Source: Narcine bancroftii
Lineage: Eukaryota
Assembly: GCF_036971445.1 (NCBI RefSeq)
Contig: NC_091474.1
Span: 35,650,001 to 35,714,000 of the forward strand
DNA length: 64,000 bases
Direction of reading: 5' to 3'
Shown: piece after piece, positions 48,491 to 62,534 of the stretch
Numbering within the stretch: the first letter of the stretch is position 1
Layout: each line of letters starts with the position of its first letter
Program-made: the position numbers and the translations under genes
Notes under the pieces: model-generated
The model's database searches: none
Told to the model about the DNA's origin: nothing
Seen by the model: the letters and a program-made list of their open reading frames with translations, nothing else

Positions 48491-49170
48491 CAGGGGTGTC
48501 AAACTCAAATTCACAGCGGGCCAAAATTAAAAACTTGGACTAAGTCGTGGGCCAAACTATATATTTATTGAAAATTTTCAACAACATCTGCATGTTTTCT
48601 CTTCTTTCAACATATGTAATGTTAAACTTTTTCTTATCAGAATAAATGTTTAATAATAGTTTTGGTTAAACTCTTTCCAGAAGAAGCATTAACAAATGAG
48701 AAATAAAATATTCAATAAATAATATTTCTCTATAGCCTTTAAGCTCCTTTTAAATGTATTTTTTTTTCACAAGCCAACAAGTAAAAAAAAAACAACTTGC
48801 TTCAATGAGAAACAGGTTTGTCTTTTAAAATGATGAACATATAGTCTGCCTCCCACCTGTCTTGAAAGGTCCTGTTTTCTGTCTTTCGTTTGGCCATTTT
48901 TCGTAAGGGGTTTATTACATGTGAGTTCGGCGACAGGTCGCAGATGTTAATGAAAGTAAAGAGAGGAGGTGGGGGCGATTAGCGGGCTGACAGGCCGGCG
49001 CCAATGCATTTGCAAAGCATTCTGGGATTTGTAGTATTAGCTGTGCATGCGCTATACTGGTGCGGCGGCCAGCGGGCCAGCTCTAATACATATTTGATAT
49101 GATCTTGCAGGCCAAATATAATTATATCACGGGCCAAATTTGGCCCGCGGGCCTGAGTTTGACATGTGTG
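48491..49170 (-). mobile_element. Non-autonomous hAT (Charlie/Buster-like), uninterrupted 680-bp copy
   Basis: Ends CAGGGGTGTCAAACTC / GAGTTTGACATGTGTG; TSD CCCAAGAG/CCCTAGAG; reverse complement of 13729-14199 + 18742-18949. Confidence 0.9.
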
Positions 49171-49879
49171 CCCTAGAGTAATATATTATCCTCTGACCGT
49201 AATCTGGAGGGTTACTAATCCAGTGCTTTGATTGATGTATCATTTATGTTATTTTTATAGTGGTAATGTAGCTAAACACTTAAATCATTTTAACTCTATG
49301 TTGTAAAGTAAGTTATACATACCCCAGTATGTATAACCACATTAAAATTAAACTACTGGTGCTAACATATAGTATGTTATTTATAAAACAGGACCAGATA
49401 AATTAGCAATTTGCAGTGCACAATAGTGTATGAAAAATTTTGCCAAACAATGGAAAGAAACATATTTAATATTTAAGTTCAGCATAACCGCAATTAACAA
49501 ATGTGTTGGTACTAATTTAAAATACAGAGCCCTGGGCATGTCCCATTCCTATAGTGAGATAGGATAATGATATTCTGAGCACAAATTGGTTGCACACATG
49601 TGATAAGGGGAAAGTGTGTTTTGCAGAATGATTTTATAGAACAATATTTTGACACATTTTATGCTTGAGTGTCATAAAGTACTAGCATTAACACAACTCA
49701 GGGAAGTAGATTCATGGCTTAATTACACATGCCCAGTTTAGTAGTGAAATATTTTTAGTACAGTAGGAGTGGTGTACATTTAGATACATTTCACTCTGAG
49801 TTATTTTCTCTGATGATGACAAATGGACCAATATTATCTTCTCCCAGGTCAACATCCTTAGCACCTAGATCCTTGTTAC

Positions 49880-50130
49880 TCTTAGTCAGCTATGTTGGGC
49901 TGGCCATTTTGTTCACATACTTGACACCAGATTGCATGAACAGATAATCTGTTCTGAGCTCTGTCATAGGAGATTATTAGGAGGATGGGGTGAAAAGATT
50001 CAATAATGCACTCAAACATTCCTTGAAGAAATGCAAAATTCCCACTGTTTCTTGGGAACCCATGAGCTATGACCATTTATATTGGAGAAAGAGCATTTGA
50101 ATGGACCTGTGAAAGTCAAAGATATCTACA
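49880..50130 (+). mobile_element. Decayed RTE ORF 3' fragment
   Basis: WAGHFVH..DTRL..QI..SEL..KRF..ALK.SLKKC, matching the RTE C-terminal pattern. Confidence 0.5.
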
Positions 50131-51479
50131 GGGAGTACACAGAAGCTCTATAAATGCACTAGAAAACACACCCACCCTTTTAAACTGTCCATCACACCCG
50201 GACACAATCTCCCTCTTTCTCTTCCAACCAGAGCAAAGGCTTAAGAAAACACGCACCTAAAGAAAGTTTATTTCCCACAGCTATCAGGCTCCTGAATGAT
50301 CCCCACAACAGTGCTATCATGCTTACCTGGAGCATGAATTACACTCTGTAATTGTGCCCTTTTCATGACTTTATGAATGGTAAAGGTAACCTGTTAGTTT
50401 GCTCACAGAAGAATCCTTTTCATTGTACTAGGTAGTTTAGGACAAATAAACAAAACTAAAACTTGAACCCCTTCTCCCGCCTTCTTATGGAAGAGCCTGC
50501 AGTTCCAACATTGGCCTCGTCAGCCAATGGAGAACCCAGAAAATCAAGAGGGGAATGAGTCATCCTTGGCCCCAATAGTCTGCCTCAGCAGAGAGGAGAT
50601 TAATTTGATAATAATATGAAGTATCACTGAGACATGATATTGGTTAAATATATGACAGAATAAGGCAGGATTTGCCAGAAAGTGTTGCTATTCAGTGCTA
50701 ATTAGTCTTCATGATGCCATGTGCACATTGAGTGAAATGAGGAGGAAATCAAAACAAGTGCTCTGCCATCTGATGATCTCTATCTGATGACCGAGGACTG
50801 AGTTTAGCAATATTACTCCACTTTAGAAGGGTTTTATAATTAACTGGAGAAAAATAACAATGATTATAGTTGAAGGAACACTGGCAAACATATTTATCTT
50901 TGCTTTTCAAAACTATTATATGGAAATTTTTAAAAAAGGGTTTTCAATAATGTTGCACATTTTTTTGCTCAGATTTAAACGGACTGTTCTCAATTATAAT
51001 CAAGTGCATTTCTTGCTGGTAAGCAAGATAGCTCTGGTTCTCAAAGAAAAGTAAGAATGGTTTTAAAGTAGTATGTATGAGAAATTGCTTTCAGTGAAAG
51101 ATCTATCTTCAGACACTAAAGGTACAATATTGCAATGTGTACTTACGCTTAAAGAGATTTGAAACATATAAGTAATCACTGATAACATTGCAAATTCATC
51201 ACCTATGTTCTAGCATTTGTCGTACCTCATTATCTTTAGCCCCTTTCACACTTGTAAGAGGTCCCAGGAATTAATGGCCATCGGCCTAAAAAGGGACTAG
51301 TGTGAAATGAAAATCTTCTTAACACTGGCATGAGATGACACCAGTGATAGATGGCCTCGACCCCTAATACAATCCCTGGCATCTGCAGACACCGGCATTG
51401 CAATCAGGCAAGTGTAGAATAGGCAATTGCATTCTGGGATAGAAATTACCCAAGTATCTGCCTGAGTGCAGGAATGTGA

Positions 51480-52177
51480 AGGATTCTCTGGTCCTCGGTG
51501 CAAAACATACAGACACACAACCAGACATAAACACATACAGACAAACAATTCATATGCAGGACGACTACTCATATATAAAAATAAATAAATAAATATTGTT
51601 TCAGGAATATGAGAGTCTTGGATGGTTTGTGTGTGACAGGCCCAGAGGACCCAAAACCTAGCAGCAATAGAAATTCACCAAGACAAATGGTTACTTAAAC
51701 AAAAGTTACTTTTAATTTTCTTTAAACATAAAAAACAGGATCAAACTTTAACTTATTACTATCAATTTAACTTAACCCCCCTTCTAATTCTAAGTCAAGT
51801 GTGTGTAATTTGTGTATAAGTTCAGAAAAGTTCTTTGATTTACAGTCCAATCTCACTTCTTACTCCTCAAGTTCACCAGTATCAGGCAAATCTTATACAG
51901 AATTTAACATTTATGAATTTCGCCAGGCTTTGGTGCTTGAAAGGTAAATGGTTACCACTCAGGAACACACTTGTCAGTTTTCAGAGAGAGATTGTTGCTC
52001 ATTAGACACACACTAACTGATTCCTTCCAATCAGCCACTTCAGTGTCTTGCCGAAGAAACTTGCCCCATCGGGGTTTTCCAGATGATAATCTCTTTCCCC
52101 CGGGTCATCACAGATTTCCTTTTTGTTTCCCTTATTTCACCACAAGGGTTCCCAACAGGCTGAACTGCAGAAAACCT

Positions 52178-52269
<92 letters not shown>

Positions 52270-52950
52270 ACACTCACAGAACAAAAAAAAAACTGTTTGA
52301 CCCTCTCTTCTTGCAAAACCACATGAACTTCCTAAAACAGCAAACTGGTTTCAGACAGATTGCAGCTCCAGACCCAATCTTCTGAGTCCGTTCATCTGTT
52401 GCTTTCCAAAACAACAATCCATTACTCCACAGCTTGTCCTTCAGCCAAGTTGTTTCCATTGTTTTTACAAAGGCATTAGGAACCTGGACTGTCTGGCTTG
52501 AGCAGAGATCAGGCATTTTAAATGAGATCTGTGTTGTGAAGTGTTTGTTTGTGACCTAACTAAAAAAGTCCCCATAATTTATCTTACAAAAATATATCTA
52601 TATATAATATAAAATATAACATAATCTGTCACAAGGGTAAACAGTTATTTTGGTCGTTCAGCGTTCTCATTGTCCGTGGGAAGAAGCTGTTCCTCATCTT
52701 GGTGGTGTTAGCTCTGATACTCCAGCATCTCTTCCCTGATGGGAGCAGCTGAAGACACTGTGTGCAGGATGGAAGGGGTCCTCAATGATTTTGCACATCC
52801 TCTTCAGACAACGATTCCGGTAGATCATGTCAATGTGGGGGGGGGGGGGGGGGGGGCGGGGTACAGTGATCTTCTGTACCACACTTATTGTTCTGTGGAT
52901 TGTCCTCCAATCCATTTCTCTGCAGCAACCTTACCACACTGTGATGCAAC
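51480..52950 (-). mobile_element. Rex1/Babar-like LINE 3' fragment interrupted by a solo LTR
   Basis: IYRNRCLKRMCKIIEDPFHPAHSVF; same family as 63140-64000. Confidence 0.7.
51632..52633. mobile_element. Probable solo LTR (~1 kb, unrelated to LTR #1/#2) with an internal (CT)n tract
   Basis: Inverted termini TGTGACAG...CTGTCACA; interrupts a LINE fragment; flanks TGTG/AGGG could be a decayed 4-bp TSD. Confidence 0.65.
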
Positions 52951-55699
52951 CTCCAGTAGAAGGTTTGGGAAGCAGTGTGGGAAATATCTGGAAATCTGGA
53001 TCATTAAAATTACATGACCATGTATTTAATTTTGATTTGCCTGAATACACATTGGGTGAAACAAAAATATAATTATGAACAGCATGTTTCAATTAAATAT
53101 TTTTTATGTATCGCATGAGTCAGAGGTACTATGGGAAATCAAAGCAAAAAGATTAAGTAGAGCAGCTTTTAAACAAAAGGTTTTGTGTCCCTAAAATGGA
53201 AAATAAATCACATAAAATGTTTATTGGCTTTTGCTACCTCTTTAAATTTCCACTCAGATTTTATTTTATGCTAAATCCCAGACTAGCTGAGTTCTACTGG
53301 TCACAAATAAATCATATTGTCATCTGTGACTTCGATTCAGTGAAACAAAGACCTCCCAGTTAGGGGAGAAGACTTGAAAAGATTTGTATTTTTTTCTAAA
53401 GAAGAAGAAAGACAGCTACTTTATCCATCTTATCATACAAGTCAGGCAACAAACTCATGACTGAATTTCAGTACATCTGAACTGCCAGAGAAATAGTCCA
53501 GCAACCAATTCATGCTGTAGATAAGAGATAAATAAATTAAACAACAGCTCAGCAATAGGACACAGCAGGATAGATGTTCTACAATCCAACAGCTTGTACT
53601 GAAATGTATTATTTACATATTTTTGCAGTCTTTATCCTGGATAAACTAGAACCTATCATTTCTCTTTCCTGTGTCGTTTTTCAAAGGTAAAAGCGCTGAG
53701 AAAGGATGGCAAGATTTAAGATTATAAGATCTGTTTCTTAAAGGAAGAATCCTCTCCTGTCATTTTCTTTCTCCATAGCATTCATTGGCTTGTTAATCTC
53801 AGACATCAACATATAAATCTGATTAGGGTTTTCAAGAAGCAAATTCGGCAAAGGAGTTTTTAAGCAATCAGTTTTTTGTCAATTCATCATTTCCAGGAGA
53901 GAGGCACACTGGTGATGTTGAAGAGGGATGGCTCAGACATGACTACTTCTGTCAGCACTGCAGCAAACTTCCTCAACTAATTTGCTATAGTTTTGGCCTT
54001 TGATATTGATTCAGGATGACTAAACAGTGATAACAAAATGCAATCTTGTCACGATAACTCGGGTTAAAGTGATTGAAATTTCTCACTGTTGCGCGTACAT
54101 TGCAACCCTGAGTTCCACTCCATTTGTATGGAAACCTTCAGCCACTTTTCTTTTACCTGTACACTGTACTGGCCTGCCAGCTTAATTGCACCTCTAGATC
54201 AACTATAACTAGAGATTCTAAAAAAAATCAAAATAAACTACTCTTGTGATCCTTCTTTTCCTCTAGATATACAATTGTAAGATAGTATACAACTTGCACT
54301 TTCCTGAAAATAAATCCTTGAGGCGTGATTCCAGTCTTCTATAAGTAACATGGAATACTGTTAATACAGTAAATTACAATGTGCAGTGTTTATTTGAACA
54401 GTGTTTCTCCAGTTATCTCAATTAATCTTCTGAGCAGTTTTAACATGGTTACTTAGTATTTTGCCCAGATCAAGCACTCCTGATCAGACACGAGGCAATC
54501 AAATTGGTTGAATACTTACCAGGAGGATGGAGAGGCACTCGGGACAAGATGGTTTATCAACTTGGCAAATCTGGCTGAATATGGCCTGTGGGCTTGTGCT
54601 CCTCCCCTGCCCCTCCCCCAACCCTTTTATTTAGGTGCCTGTCTATATTTTGCTCATACCTTGATGAAGGGCTCAATCCCAAAATGTTGGTTATCTTTGC
54701 TATATGAAGTATGTTTGACCTGCTGAGTTTCTCCAGCACTGCGTTTTTACTTCAAATACTTTAGCTATGTCTTTTGCAGTCATGACGTGATATGCTTTTG
54801 CCTTGCTGATGGTAATGTAGTCCACGGAGCTGCCCCTCCTCCCATTCACTGTTTAATTGTCCACCACTGGTCACGGATACCAAATTTTGTGTTGCATTCT
54901 GGTTCTGTTTTTGAGTGGGGATAGAGGAATGGGATTGTCTGGCCCTATGTAAGTGCAACTTGGATTGCTCCGTGGTCTTGATGTGTCCACTGGTTTCCTT
55001 TCATGCTGAAACCAATTCTGTGATTTACAAATGAAGTTTTCTACAGTCATTTGGCTGTAAAGACTATGATGAGCTTTCAACAGGAAACAGTCAGCTGGAG
55101 GAACTCATTTTTCTGGCTTTCTCCCAACTCCATGATCGGGCTCAATGGAGGGTTTTAAGCTGAAGGGTCAACAATTCCTTTCCTTGCACCCTTTCCTCTC
55201 TCCATCCCCCTTCCCCGGTATTACTCAGTTGTGGGGGTGGAGGGGGAGGGGAGAATTGTTGACATTTCTGGTAGACTGATCAATGGGGGGAAAGCCAGAA
55301 AAGGAGGAGAGGGAGAACCAGGAGCCAGAGTACCGTGTTCAAAAGAATCATCCTCTCAAATACATCTTGATGCCTTCTGGAGTCCGTTAAAGTAGAACTC
55401 CAGGTTCATGGTGACATGAACCACTATCCCAATATCAGAAACCCAGCATCTATTTATTTTTCTCATTTCACCCACGAAAAATAAGCTTCAACCTGGCTAA
55501 GAGCACTTCGTGCTTTCTGCAGGAAGATGACGAGGCCTTGTTCTTGCAAGCGCCTTATGGCTTGTCACGAATGCTGAATCCCATCATAGAGCCACATGTG
55601 TATCTGGTACAACAGTACACGGACACAAATGAAAGCAATCACAGATTTCTCCTGTGACCTTGTCAATTATTAGTTTAGTTAACTTGGTAGCAGTCTTCT

Positions 55700-56330
55700 C
55701 TGTCAGCAGGTTCAAATCTAGATTTCAGATTTATTGTCAGAGTATATACATGACATCACGTACAACCCAGAGACTCTTTTTCTTGCAGGCAAGGCAGAAT
55801 TGTCAGTTATTTGTAGCGCAAAAAACTGTACTCAAGAAGATACATATGCACGTAAACAAATGATAATTCTGCCTCACCTGCAAGAAAAAGAACTTCAGGT
55901 ATGTTTATGATGCCATGTCTGGCAATAAATCTGAAATCTGAACTTAGATTTGAACCTGTACCCTGCTGTAAATGTAGACAAACTGACTCCAATACAGAGA
56001 GAAAGAAACAATAAACTGCAAAAGTAAGAATCTTTAAGTGAGACTCTAATAGAGTTTGTCTTTGAGGATTCTCATGGTGGAGGGGTAGCAGCTGTTCCGA
56101 AACGTGGTGCTGCGAGTCTCGTGGCACCTGTACCTCTTCCCTGATGGAGGCAATGAGAACCATGTCTTGGTTGTGTGGCACCTTGATGATTGCTGCTGCC
56201 CTCCGACGGCAGCGTTCCCTGTAGATGTTCTCGATGGTGGGGAGGATATTGCCTGTAATGTCCTGGACTGTGTCCACTACCTTTTGCAGGGTTTTCTGCT
56301 CAGGGGTATTGCAGTTCCCATACCACACCC
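55700..56330 (-). mobile_element. Rex1/Babar-like LINE 3' fragment
   Basis: WYGNCNTPEQKTLQKVV...LPTIENIYRERCRRRAAAIIK. Confidence 0.75.
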
Positions 56331-56489
56331 ATTACGTGACTAGAAAGAATAATGTAAACTGACACTGCAGTTCATTGTTGAGGAAATGTCCCTTTAGGTG
56401 AAATATTAACCTTTTATATTTAGCTGCCTATTATCCAATGTACACCAGGTTATCATAATCAAATAATTTTTTTTAACATAATACTGTTG

Positions 56490-56880
56490 ATGAATGTGAC
56501 CAATCACACAGACGCAATGAAGTGATGTTTTCTTATCTTCTTTTCTTAAGCAATTCTTTTGGGCAATAGGGTGAGAGAAAGAATTTAGTGGAAAAAGTGG
56601 AAAAGAGAGTTTCTGCATTCTAGTTTGATGTGTGGTGGGATACCCGTGGCCAATGAGTGAGGTTGATCTGTCAAAATGCGGGTGCAGGGTCCCTTCCCAT
56701 GGAGTAACAACCCTATTGACTCGAGGAAGATATTTGCAGATGTAAGAGAAACATTCCCATCCTTGCCTGCTCTACTTTAAATCCTCCTTTAAATTCTTTC
56801 ACTCACCCTCTTGCCCAAAAGATGTGCACGAGCATAAGAAAACATCACTTCATTGCTTCCGTGTGATTGGTTTCATTACA
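56490..56880. repeat. Old foldback/MITE-like palindrome
   Basis: Arm pairs ACCAATCACAC..GCAATGAAGTGATGTTTTCTTAT / ATAAGAAAACATCACTTCATTGC..GTGTGATTGGT and TTTTGGGCAATAGGGTGAGAGAAAGAATTTA / TAAATTCTTTCACTCACCCTCTTGCCCAAAA. Confidence 0.75.
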
Positions 56881-59800
56881 TATGTACAAACCACTGGTGT
56901 ATAAATAGTTAATTATTTATAGCATTGCCCACAGAAAGTTGGAGGTGACTCTCTCATATCTGCCATCGATAATCTTCTGCTCCTTTCATTAATTCTCACG
57001 TTTTGTTTCTTTGGTTTCTATTTTAGAATGATGGTTATCTTGGTGGGGAGGGCACGAGTTACTGAGGGGTGAGGTGGGTGAGTTGACCATCATTCTATCT
57101 GTCCCTCTCTCTGATTTATTTGCTCCTGGGCAACCTCGCACTTCACTTCACAGTTTTAATCCCTTGCATTTGCATCACCAAGTTCCATTCACCTTATGAC
57201 TCTCATCCCCTTGGCACAGTTACTCCCACCTGTCACTTCTTCGTGCATTTATTATCCTCACAGAAACAGAAACCAGTGAGAGATTGTATGATGCCTGGAA
57301 CGAGCCCAACGGTATTGCATTCCTAAGGACCAACCACAAAACAGGCCTGAACCATCGAAGGCCACAGCATTAAGGACATTTTGAAGAGGTGACTGGACAG
57401 TTTTTAATAGTCTGTAGAAAGAAATCCATAGAGACTGTTGACATAAATTTTAAAGACATAATGTGATAAATAAACTGTACTAGTTTATTTCTGAGGTAGG
57501 TTGAAATAATGGAAAAAAGCCAAGGCAAACATAATTTCTCTTGCCACAGACATTTCTGAGAAATTTCAAGATCACACAAGATATGTTTTAAGATTTTGCT
57601 CAGTCGTATGTGATAAATTTGCACATATGAAATGACAGGCTCTCGCCACTGGCCCAACACATTACATCCTGCAACATGGATCCTAAAGTATTGGGTACCT
57701 ACAATTTGAAATAGCATATGGCAGAAAATATAAAACCCACCTGATTTAAAAAAAATATTGGTGTACCCACAAGGATATAGAACGAGTTAATAGGAAAGTA
57801 TATTTATACAGCACCTAAATGTTTCAGAACTTAATGGCAGCTGCATCAGACCCTTTGTTGTTAATAAAGGAAGTTAGTTGTTGAAAGAATATGGGCTCAA
57901 AATCTAAATGGAAAATATGGAAATTAAACCAATCTGGGAACGATTTTGGATGAGAAATGAAATTATCAAGTACATTTATTGGGTTACTCAAGAATATAAA
58001 AATCAGTTACTTGATTTGCTTCAAACAAATTCTCAGGGATGACTGTCTGAAATATAAAAGAGATCCTCAATTAAATTTGTAGCTAAGCCCTCTGACATGA
58101 CATTATTAATATTTCCAAGCTCCTATCTCTCTGTTCCTTATGCATGTTTTCAAAAGAGACATCGACACTCAGGTGGATTCTCCCCACCGATGGAAGTGAT
58201 TCCAAATGTTCACCACCAGGTTAGAAATGGCAAGAAGCAGATGCGCTTTGCATCGACGCCGTCTAAATCCATTTTAACAAGTTTAAAACATTAAGTTGCA
58301 AGCTGTAAGAAAACATTTGCAATTTCATGGAGAAATAGATTAATGGTGCCTTAATGCCGCAGAATAATTTACAAGCAGTTGATTTTTGAGTTTGCGGTGT
58401 TTCCTCAACCTTAAGAAATTCAGGATCCATAAATTCTACTGTTGTTTCGAGGTGAAAACAAAGAAGTACATGTCGCGGAGAAGAGGGAGTTGGCAGTTTT
58501 GGGGATTGGGATGACGGTAGATGATGAGGTATTTATTTTGAGTGGCTATAACAGAATCAAATTATGTCATTTTTCTGTTCAACCATAGTCATAGAAAGTG
58601 GAGTTATCCTGCAGTTTCCAACTTGGAGTTTGTCTTCGAACTCCTACATCAAGATTCTAATGATATAGAAGACTTACAAAAGAATACAAGATGGAAGATA
58701 AATCATTCAAAAGAATGTTAATATGATTTATGAATATAAATTGATTATTAACAAATCCAGCACCTCTACAATTTCAGATATTGTGTTTACGATCAAACTT
58801 GATTAAGGTTATGGCAACAATATACCCTTGACATTTTACATTTTCTTATGATGCAATTACAAACATTTTCCACAGCCCTGCAAAAACATTCTTAAAATAT
58901 ATTCATGCACAATATTCATCTAACATGCGGTCCAGAATTTGCAAGTTTTGTAGCCCAATTGATATATTGAAGCCTGAGGCTAGTGTGAATTTCTGTCTCC
59001 TTATGCAATACATGAAAGGCATCTGTATTCTGGAATGAAACCCCTGTTAGATGAAGGCACTAAACAGAACGACACATCAACTGTAATTGAGATAACTGGT
59101 ACATTCATTTTTGGGTTTGGTTCTTATTTTCAAAGAATGAAACTTCAATTGGTCATTTTCAGTAAGGTAGAAAAATGAGAAACTCTTAACCTCCTGTGAA
59201 CAGTTTCAACAAAGTTTGTCAAATTCACAGTTGTAAGACTTTAAAACCAAAACTAGAAAGATACTCTTCGCCACATTGCCATGGTAACTTCTAAAATTTG
59301 TATGCAGGCTGATATCCTGGAAGTCAAGAAAGAAAACCTATCAGAGCAAAATTGATATGAGGAAACAAAGTAGAGGAATGGATGCAAGGAATAATCTTAT
59401 GGGAATATTACAAACTGAGAGATTACTAATTCATTCAGCTGTCAGCGCTGTTATGGTGGTGCTGCATTAACAGAACCAACAAAGTAATTTCTAATGTGGA
59501 TATGTATGAAAGGGGATGTTTTTATCTTTGGAAGGAGATCATTAAAATCAGGTTTGCAGCAAATGCTTTTAACTGAAATGCTGCAAGATGCAATTTGAAT
59601 TATTACTGAAAATGATGAAACATTATAGAGCTACACAGGGAATGGAAACTATTTTATCTGTCCTAGATGCATGTATTTCATAAATAATGAAGAAGCCATA
59701 TAAATCTCTTTCTTAACAACCCCATCTACCACCTGGATGTGGTCAGCTTCTAAGAAGTCATGGCTAAAAGTATATTTTAAAATATCTTCAGAATGGAAAC

Positions 59801-62534
59801 AATGCCACATTTATAGCAGGTCTCTGCTTCGAGAGAGCTCCTCTTGCGATCTTCAGTTCTTTTGCGAAGTTGGGGTGGTTTGGTTCACCTTCTCCCAAGG
59901 CATCTCATTATGGCCAATGTAAATCTTGGTTGAGTTAAGAGAAGCTTTACTGAGATACAGAGAAAATCTCTGTTCCCAAAGCTAATTTATTGAGCCTTAG
60001 TTCCAGCGGATTAATTTTAGAAAATGGCATCCACCAGCAGGTTGCGAAAGCAGAGTTGAGGAAGGACCATCCAGCCCTTTGACCTCAAGCTGTTGGCCTT
60101 TCCACCATGTGAAGGGCATGCACGGAGAGAGATTTTAATCCTCCTCTTGCCTCGATTCTGCAACTCACGACTCCCTACAGAATCAAGATTCTGGCTAATT
60201 GTTTTTGAAACTGCAACTGCATTCACTACACTAGGTGGCAGTCTGCACTTGCCCCATCATATCTGAGCCTGTCCTGTCATTTATCATGAAGAGTAATCCA
60301 GCTACCATCACATTTATGCCTCCTATATGGTTGAGTCTTCTGGGTTCCTTGCCTTAGAGGATTTCTCCCAATTGAAACCAATGATGCCCTCAGGATTTTT
60401 TAAATCTCGGTTTTTATTCCATATGGAGATATTTTTTAAATAAATCAGTTTAAGTATTGAACCCTTTGTTCCCATTTATTATGAGCAATGTGGATGGATT
60501 AAAAAAGAAATTTTAGCGATTGAGTGATATATTGTGGAAGCAGGAACAATCAATTTAAGGTCATTAAGGGGTGATGCCTGCGCTAATCTTTAAATACTGA
60601 CACAAAGTTCTTTACAATACCATGCACTTATTGGTGCCTTTAATGTTCTTAGTTAAACCTTTTTTAAAAATACTAATTTTCATGAAACAATCATGATTCA
60701 ATTTATTGTCATAGTAATAAAACAGTGTCACATTACATGAATTTTTTTTTGCCTGCTGCAAGGCAGACAGATTTGCCACTGGCAGGAATTGCCTAAGCAC
60801 ATCTTAAAGTCAGAGAGAGAGAAGCAAAAGAGAGTGTGTACCCCCCTCCACCAAGAGTCAACAAGTATCCATAGATTTGCCTCCAGCGCTTCTGCAGCTA
60901 CACAGAGACCAGTCCAAACTATGGGCAACCCGAACTCCAGATCCGAACCTCCGACACGGTCAGGAACCCTTCAGTGCCCTCGCTGCCTCCTCACATCCAG
61001 GTTCCGGTAATTAGTTAAGTAGATGCACTGCAAATGTGTTATCTCAACACAATTATGGGACCAATATGAGAACATATTTTCTGACTGTAGTGCACGTTTA
61101 AAAGCAGTCTTAATCATGTGCAGCACTCAATCTTTCTTTGAAGGCTGTGTCTTTGCACACAGCAATTCTTATTCCAAGGTTCAGAAATCATAAAGTGAAT
61201 TGATTGAGTAGAGCATGTAAGCAAAGAAGATAGTTCAAATACACATTTATTGAAAATAATCTTTTCACATTTGCATTATGGTCCAAAACATCAATAATTC
61301 TTGCATTCTTTAAATATTTTATAGTCTCCTTTCAACCATATCTATACTTTGCCCTGTGAATAAAAGATACTTTCAAAAAGGTTCATATCAGATTACAATT
61401 TGGATTTCATCTCAGACAACAATCATCTGCTAGTGATTTAGCATCTGCTGGGATAGTGACCCCTTATGCAGACAATTCGAACTGATGATCTTCAATTAAC
61501 TTTCAGCTATAATATGCCAAGTGATTAATTCAGAAACCAAATTAACAGAATAACATCCAGCCAGGAGACTTGGTGGGTAAAAGATATTTGGTGCAAAATC
61601 AGTCATTCTTGCAGTTGACCAGAGTAATAATGTAAGAAGGTTAATTTTTAATAGAGGGAACTGAAAGTTAATGAATTAAATTCTGTAATTGGTTCACCTG
61701 CATGATGGTTTTGCAACTGGATCACTGGTAGGGGAATGGGCTGATGCCTTGAGGTGCAATGCAGACACATCTTCTTGATGCTGATTTAGTGAATGGTTGC
61801 CAGAGTAGTTGATGACTCTTGCCGAGGAGGAGAATGATGTTCCACTCACTAACAGTGAATTTGGCTGCCAGGAAATAGAGCAGCAGCTTGGTAACCAGCA
61901 AGTGGAACATTTCAGAGATTCTGGTGGTACAGGATTTGAGTCCCAACTGTGATACCACTCAATGTTGGCAATCCTCACTTTGGCTTCAGGTTGGTGGCGG
62001 ATTACTTCAAGAGGAAGATTGGGGGTGGGATGGTGGTCGGTAAAAGGAAACTGCACTGTGTAAGTAGACTACAATACAGCTTTAGTCTCTGATTGTAGTT
62101 TTGTCAATGGTGTTAATGGGATTCAAGTACAAGTCCAATTAATTTTAAAAGCTCCCCATTCTTAGTCCTAACAATTATTATTTTCAATGTAGATTTTCCT
62201 TCTTTAAATCTCTATGGAATAAACCACTTTCACTCACAGTGAAAGTTATAAGTAGACTGTTATAACCCCTATTTAATTGAAACACAGGCATATAGCCCAT
62301 TGATATTGTATCCTTTAGTAGATTATGGTCAATATAATTTAGATAGCCAAAAAACATACTTTAATTTCCCAATACACCCTACATATTTAAGTGAAAACTT
62401 CAGGAAAGTTGTGACCATCTATAAATATGAATCAATATTGATTAATGGCTTGCCACAGATAGCAGGTCCATGTTATGACAACACGGACTATCTGCAGAAC
62501 ACTTCATTATCATTTGATACTTGGGTGTGGAGTT

